Of a stretch of DNA of 64,000 bases, positions 57,573 to 64,000 are shown in pieces. The notes under the pieces are model-generated. The model searched no databases and was not told the origin of the DNA. It saw nothing but the letters and a program-made list of their open reading frames with translations. This DNA is from Syncephalis fuscata S228 (taxonomy: Eukaryota > Fungi > Zoopagomycota), in NCBI GenBank assembly GCA_025786725.1, contig JAHLTZ010000006.1, forward strand, positions 682,001-746,000. The letters run 5' to 3'. A program made the translations under genes and the position numbers. Position 1 is the stretch's first letter, and the number at the start of each line of letters is the position of its first letter.

Positions 57573-58882
57573 TATTCTTTCAATATCGTTGGTTGACGCG
57601 ACAATAGTAAACAAAGAAAAAGAAAAGTGCCTTTAGATTCATATAACACGATTCACTTCGTGCAATAGTGATAACTCAAGTACAAGTTTTGTCAAAGTGG
57701 TTTGAAATAAAGCACGTGATTATTGTAATGATCCACAGTATTATGGTCATGTGATTATCTACCATGCAATTGACTCATGACGCCCACCATGTAATCGAAC
57801 AACATGCTAACGATAACATATAAGTAGTCGCAACGACAATATACTAAATACTAGTACTAACAATTATAAACAAACAGCCATCCAAGGACATAACCAGTAA
57901 ACACTTGTTATTTACTGACATATAATCAACCATATGAACAAGATTTAAATTCTATTAGCAATGATGTTTACCATGAAATACTAGCTTTATTGGAATTATA
58001 ATAAACATATCAACATCTTTGATTTTTATATTTTTTTGTTTGCTTCAGTTGTGTTATTCCGTTACTAAAAGCCTAACTGTGGTAATTAATAATTAAAAGG
58101 ATAATTATTTATTGCTTATTTTATAATAGCATCAGGCTCATGTTATACTAAAGTAAGCTATCAATTAGTGGCTACTAATGTTTAGATGATAAAAGTAAGC
58201 ATAAACAAGACGGTAGCCATTAAGTTGCTAATTGTTACAGTGTAGTGCTAAGTTGTTAAAAATCAACGATTATTCGTATATCAATGCCAGTGCAATGTCA
58301 TTTCATTATATGATAGTGATAGATTTGTTAATATTCATAGTATATCTACAAATAAGCACAGTCACCTTTATTGCCAATATATATCACTACAATATTCACA
58401 TTTAACATTGATATATTCATATTAGCCTATGCTTATAGCTAATACAATACAATTATAGACTTTTTGTTAATTTAACTATTTGATTAATAGTTGTCAATTG
58501 TTGGATGCAAATAGAACATGAATATAGATATAGCAATTTGATTGTATATAATTAAGATGGAACCATAGGTTTATTACTATAAGCTTGCACAGTTGAATAG
58601 AAACAACTAGCTGCAAGCTTGTTAATAAAATAACGATTCCATTGATTAAAGACTGGATAAACCGGAGCATTGGCCAAAACTTGATATATAATAGACTGGA
58701 CGGCGTAGTTGTCAAATGGTCTTGCTTTTCACCGAATATATACCTAAAGTGTATTGGAATAGTGACTTGATTGCACTACCAATGCTAATGTCTTGAAACC
58801 ATTGATTATGCTGCATTTACAAATAAAGATATTATATGCCATAAATTAATTTATAAATCATCAATATACAATAGCACTTACG

Positions 58883-61800
58883 TTCTATTAATATTAAATT
58901 ATTTATACACATGGTATATAGCATGTGATTAGTGAGTAATCAATTAATATACAATACGACTTACAGCCTATTAGTATTAAATAATTGGTACAATCAGCAA
59001 ATAGCATAGTTAATGTATAGTTAGTTAATATACAATATCACTTACAGCCTATTAATATTAAATAATTGGTACAATCAGCAAATGGCATGGTTAATGTATA
59101 ATCAGTTAATATACAATATCACTTACGATCTATTAATATTAAATAATTGGTACAATCAGCAAATAGCATAGTTAATGTATAGTCAGTTAATACATAATAT
59201 AACTTACAGCCTATTAGTATTAAATAATTGGTACAATCAGCAAATAGTATAGTTAATGTATAGTCCGTTAATATGCAATATAACTTACGTTCTATTAATA
59301 TTAAATAATTGGTACAATCAATAAATAGCATGGTTAATGTATAGTCAGTTAATATATAATATAACTTACGCCCTATTAATATTAAATAATTGGTACAATC
59401 AGCAAATAGCATAGTTAGTGTATAGTTAATTAATACAAAAATACAACTTACCCGCTATTAATATTAAATAATTGGTACAAGCAGTAAATGGCGCGATTAA
59501 TGTATAGTTAATTAACATACAATACAACTTACGCTCTATTGATATTAAATAGTTGGTACAATCAGCAAATAGTATAGTTAATGTATAGTCCGTTAATATG
59601 CAATACACCTTACGAGCTATTAATATTAAATAATTGGTACAATCAGCAAATAGCATAGTTAATGTATAGTCAGTTAATACACAATATCACTTACCATCTA
59701 TTAATATTAAACAGTTGGTACAATCAGCGAATAGCATGGTTAATGTATAGTCCGTTAATATGCAATACAACTTACGTTCTATTAATATTAAATAATTGGT
59801 ACAATCAGCAAATAGCGTAGTTAATGTATAGTCCGTTAATATGCAATACAACTTACCCCCTATTAATATTAAACAGTTGGTACAATCAGTGCATAGTATA
59901 GTCAATGTATAATCAGTTAATATGCAATACAACTTACGAGCTATTAATATTAAATAATTGGTACAATCAGCAAATAGCGTAGTTAATGTATAGTCCGTTA
60001 ATATGCAATACAACTTACCCCTATTAATATTAAACAGTTGGTACAATCAGTGCATAGTATAGTCAATGTATAATCAGTTAATATACAATACAACTTACAT
60101 CCTATTAATATTAAATAATTGGTACAATCAGCAAATAGCGTAGTTAATGTATAGTCCGTTAATATGCAATACAACTTACTGCCTATTAATATTAAATAGT
60201 TGGTACAATCAGCAAATAGCGTAGTTAATGTATAGTCCGTTAATATGCAATACGACTTACACTCTATTAATATTAGATAATCAGTACAATCAGCAAATAG
60301 CATAGTTAATGTATAATCAGTTAATACACAATATAAAGGTGGACGTTGCTAGCCCAGTAGGATAAGGCAGCGTCTTTTGAGCTGTAAGGCTCCGGGTTTA
60401 AACTTTAGTTCAAATCAATCCTTAAGTAAACCCCCTCCCAGTTTTTTAGTTAACAAAATTGCAAACCAGAACCCAATAAGTAGGTCCGGAAACAAGACCT
60501 TGGCCAGAATAGTCAAGGAAAAATAATTGGGATTAACTTTAAAAAATAGTGCTACACAGCACTATTCAAAAGAAGATGGTCCCGCGTGGAATCTACATGA
60601 ACCAGATTTGCGCAAAAACGTGGCAGTCCATTTGTTAATTTAGAAAAAGCCCAAAATAGTGGGGAGCAGCGCAAACTAAAATTATGCGCAGCGGGCGCTC
60701 ATAATCCCTTCTAATAAATAAATAAATAATACACAATGCAACTTACGTTCTATTAATATTAAACAGTTGGTACAATCAATAAATAGCATGGTTAATGTAT
60801 AGCCAGTTAATACACAATACTACTTACCGTCTATTAATATTAAATAATCAGTACAATCAGCAAATAGCATAGTTAATGTATAGTCAGTTAATACATAATA
60901 TAACTTACAGACTATTAATATTAAATAATTGGTACAATCAATAAATAGCATGGTTAATGCATAGTCAGTTAATACACAATACCACTTACCGTCTATTAAT
61001 ATTAAATAAATGGTACAATTAATAAATAGCATAGTTAATGTATGTCAGTTAATACATAATATAGCTTACTGCCTATTAATATTAAATAATTGGTACAATC
61101 AGCAAATAGCATAGTTAATGTATAGTCAGTTAATACATAATATAACTTACAATCTATTAATATTAAATAATTGGTACAATCAGCAAATAGCATAGTTAAT
61201 GTATAGTCAGTTAATACACAATATCACTTACCGTCTATTAATATTAGATAATCAGTACAATCAGCAAATAGCATAGTTAATGTATAGTCAGTTAATACAC
61301 AATATCACTTACCGTCTATTAATATTAGATAATCAGTACAATCAGCAAATAGCATAGTTAATGTATAGTTAGTTAATATACAATACGACTTACCACCTAT
61401 TGATATTAAACAATTGGTAAAATTAGTGCATAATATAGTCAATGTATAGTTATTTAATATACAATATCACTTACAATCTATTAATATTAATAATTGGTAC
61501 AATCAGCAAATGGCATGGTTAATGTATAGTCAGTTACTATACAATATCACTTACGATCTATTAATATTAAACAGTTGGTACAATCAGTAAATGGCATAGT
61601 TGATGTATAGTTAGTTAATACATAATATAACTTACCGGCTATTAACATTAAACAATTGGTACAATCAGCAAATAGTATAGTTAATGTATAGTCAATTAAT
61701 ATACAATATCACTTACTCCCTATTAATATTAAATAATTGGTACAATCAATAAATAGCATGGTTAATGTATAGTCAGTTAATATACAATATCACTTACTCC

Positions 61801-63825
61801 CTATTAACATTAAAAAATTGGTACAATCAGCAAATAGCATGGTTGATATAAAGCCAGTTAATAAATAATACAACTTACAGCCTATTGATATTAAGTTATT
61901 GATACACACAATACACGATATATAATTAGTCAGTGGTCAGTTAATATATGATGCTACAGCATTTCCCGAGCTAAAGGCTCCAAGTCCAAACCTCAGTTTG
62001 AATCAATCCTTAAGTGGAAATCCCCCCAGTTTTTTTAGTTAACAAATTGCAAACCAAAACCAAAACCAAACAAGTAGATCCGGAAACAAGACCTTGGCCA
62101 GAATAGTCGAGGAAAACCAATTGGGGCCAACTTCAAAAAATAGTGATGTGTAGCATCATTCAAAAGAAGATGGCCCCGCGTGAAATTTATATAGGTGTAT
62201 TTTACGCAAAAACGTGGCAGTCCATTCGTTAATTTGGAAAACTCCAAATATAGTGGAGAGCAGCGCAAATTAGCAAAATTATGCGCAGTGGGGCTCACAA
62301 GCTCTTCGAAATAAAATATAATGCTACTTACATACTGTTATAATATTAATTTGATACAAACAGTACATGGATATAATCAGCAAGTAGTTAGTTCATATAC
62401 AATACAACTTACTAGCTAGTAATATTAAATTATTAATGCACACGCAATACATGGATGTAATTAGTGTATAGTCAGTTAATATGGAATATTACTTGCCATC
62501 TATTCCATTAAGTTATTGATACACATAGTGCACGATATATGATTAATTTATAAATTATCAACATATAATACAACTTACAGCCTATTAATATTAAGTTATT
62601 GATATACACAGCACATAATATATAATTAGCCAATGCTTAATTGATATACAATATAACTTACATTCTATTAATATTGAGTTTTTGATAAACATGATGCATA
62701 ACATGTGATTAGTGCATAATCAACTAATATACAACACAACCTACTTTCCGCTAATATTAAGTTGTTGATAAATACAGTACATAATATATAATTAGTATAT
62801 ATTTAGTTAATATATAATATCATCGCCAACCAAAAGAAATAAGGAATGGCGGAGATGACGAATGATTGAGGAAAAGAGATGCTGTTAGAAAACAAACGAT
62901 TAATATCAGTAGAAAAAGAAAAAGATGTACAGATTCCAAGTCAAAAAATAACAGAAAACAGAGACAAAAGTTATATGACGATGGAAGACGTGGGAATAAC
63001 AGTTACAAAAAGCAACCAAACAAAAGAGGATGGTGCAGGCAAGTATAGGCGCGTCTGCAATCAGCAGTCCAAGAATTAAAGTAATGGGCACAGCGCAGAG
63101 TAAATGGAATCAGACACAAAAATACAGCCAGAAACAATGATAGTATTAAGAAAAACAAAGAAAATAAAATGAGATAATGACAATCATGTAGGCAATAATA
63201 GCCAATAAGAACAAGTATAATGATTTCAGATAGCCAGCTCATACCGGACGCAGTAGAAAGAGGCGGAAATGCGAAGCAGAGACTGAAAAGTGAAAAAAAC
63301 GAGTATGACAGAAAGGAAAGCCATGACGAAATTGAAACAGCAATAGCCAGTAATTAGGTATCCTCAAGTGTTAAAGAAGTTCTGTAACAAAGGCCAAAGC
63401 CAGTAGAGCCATAGGCAAATAATACATCCAAGATTATATCAAATGGAGCTTTGGCAGAGCGTCAGTTAATATAACGGCCTTAGTGTGAAATTAATAGAAC
63501 TCAGCTTCACGCAAAAACGTGGCGGTCTACTTAGTTTTAAAAACGCTGTACATTTAGCAGAAACGGAGAAGCAATGCAAATTCTCAATTATATGTAATAG
63601 GGATTCACAAGCTTTTCAAAATAAAAATAAAATAAATACAATACCACTTACTATCTATTATAATTATTGTTTAGAAATACTATTAGTAAATAAAATGCTA
63701 TGCCATATTTATTGATATTGCAACATACCACCACGACGAACTAAGGCTGGTTTAGCATCAACCATGGATGTACTAGCTACAAGCGCAACGGCAATGGTGC
63801 AAACGACGGCAATGGAAAGCTTCAT
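58883..63825 (-). CDS. Micro-exon-encoded secreted Cys-rich prepropeptide, paralog B (exon 1 63825-63729, 40 micro-exons, non-coding terminal exon from 58810): MKLSIAVVCTIAVALVASTSMVDAKPALVRRG-DTEKCYAICWRTDHCDDDCNVYEQCRWAREHAQPGQRYRC*
   Basis: Manual splicing at every YAG|NNN|GT (one GC donor) gives an open phase-1 frame with 6 Cys. The stop comes directly after the last Cys, in the last micro-exon. This needs the 2-nt exon at 60019-60020 (GG) to be GGG. Confidence 0.8.
60337..60726 (+). mobile_element. Putative tRNA-derived SINE, apparently full length
   Basis: A-box-like TAGCCCAGTAGG (60350-61), B-box-like GGTTTAAAC (60395-403) and a (TAAA)n tail. Imperfect ~15-bp TSD TAATACACAATATAA / TAATACACAATGCAA. 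Confidence 0.7.
61958..62315 (+). mobile_element. 5'-truncated second copy of the same SINE-like element
   Basis: Colinear with 60370-60720 (aatcaatccttaagt, tccggaaacaagaccttggccagaatagtc, cgcaaaaacgtggcagtccatt). TSD ATATGATGCTAC / ATATAATGCTAC. Confidence 0.75.
62823..63632 (+). mobile_element. Decayed non-LTR (LINE-like) 3' fragment sharing its tail with the SINE
   Basis: Purine-rich broken-ORF sequence. The last ~130 bp (cgcaaaaacgtggc...tcacaagct...aaaataaaaataaaataaa) match the SINE 3' end. Possible TSD ata(t/c)aata(t/c)ca. No RT motif was recognised. Confidence 0.5.
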
Positions 63826-64000
63826 GGTGATATTGATTTGTTAAGACAAACAACTAAAAGAGATAGTAGAATGTGGCTGGTATAGAGTGGTAGGTAGTGG
63901 GTGTATAGCAAGAAGTAAAGTGTGATTGGTATAAAGTGGAGAGTAGTGTGTGTTTAGAAGAAAGTAGAGTGTGATGATGATATCGCAGTTGGTTGTGTAT

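Larger units (their letters stand above)
58811..62822 (-). repeat. ~81-bp tandem array; each unit is a 78-nt GT-AG intron plus a variable 3-nt micro-exon
   Basis: Minus-strand consensus GTAAGT(G/T)ATATTGTATATTAACTGACTATACATTAACTATGCTATTTGCTGATTGTACCAATTATTTAATATTAATAG + NNN. About 40 units, interrupted by two insertions. Confidence 0.95.

Noticed and set aside
60338-60420. Functional tRNA gene
   Set aside because: A/B-box-like motifs are present, but I could not fold a proper acceptor or T stem. It is the head of a repeated element with a tail and TSD.
59119-61032. 27-aa repeat protein ORFs (MLFADCTNYLILI...) as the real gene
   Set aside because: They are broken by frequent stops and indels and by the insertions. 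The spliced reading explains the invariant GT/AG, the hypervariable triplets, the leader exon and the paralog at 2-3 kb.
58811-62822. CRISPR-like repeat-spacer array
   Set aside because: Eukaryotic context, 78-nt repeats with 3-nt spacers and no cas genes. The repeats have spliceosomal intron ends.

Overview
Intron-rich, AT-rich eukaryotic DNA from a fungus. It is probably an early-diverging lineage; a Zoopagomycota/Syncephalis-like origin is inferred from gene style, not proven. Ordinary genes: ArgJ/ARG7, two duplicated FHA-like Ser/Thr kinases, pyruvate carboxylase, cytosolic TrpRS, CHCHD2/MIX17, a 7TM-like protein, four tandem glyoxylate-reductase-like genes (one decayed), a senescence/spartin-domain protein, OSH3-like OSBP, RPC34, SF3B1 and NUP107/NUP84. 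Main discovery: the ~81-bp 'satellite' at 58.8-62.8 kb and a degenerate version at 2.2-3.0 kb read on the minus strand as back-to-back spliceosomal introns (GTAAGT...YAG) separated by variable 3-nt micro-exons. They lie downstream of paralogous signal-peptide/pro-peptide exons ending in LVRR. Manual splicing gives two secreted prepropeptides encoded at about one codon per exon. One has 40 micro-exons and a 6-Cys peptide (DTEKCYAICWRTDHCDDDCNVYEQCRWAREHAQPGQRYRC, assuming one 1-nt homopolymer correction). The other has 9 micro-exons and yields GRQGLVSSL. Three SINE/LINE-like insertions sit at the same position of the intron unit. All gene models were spliced by eye and have no transcript evidence.
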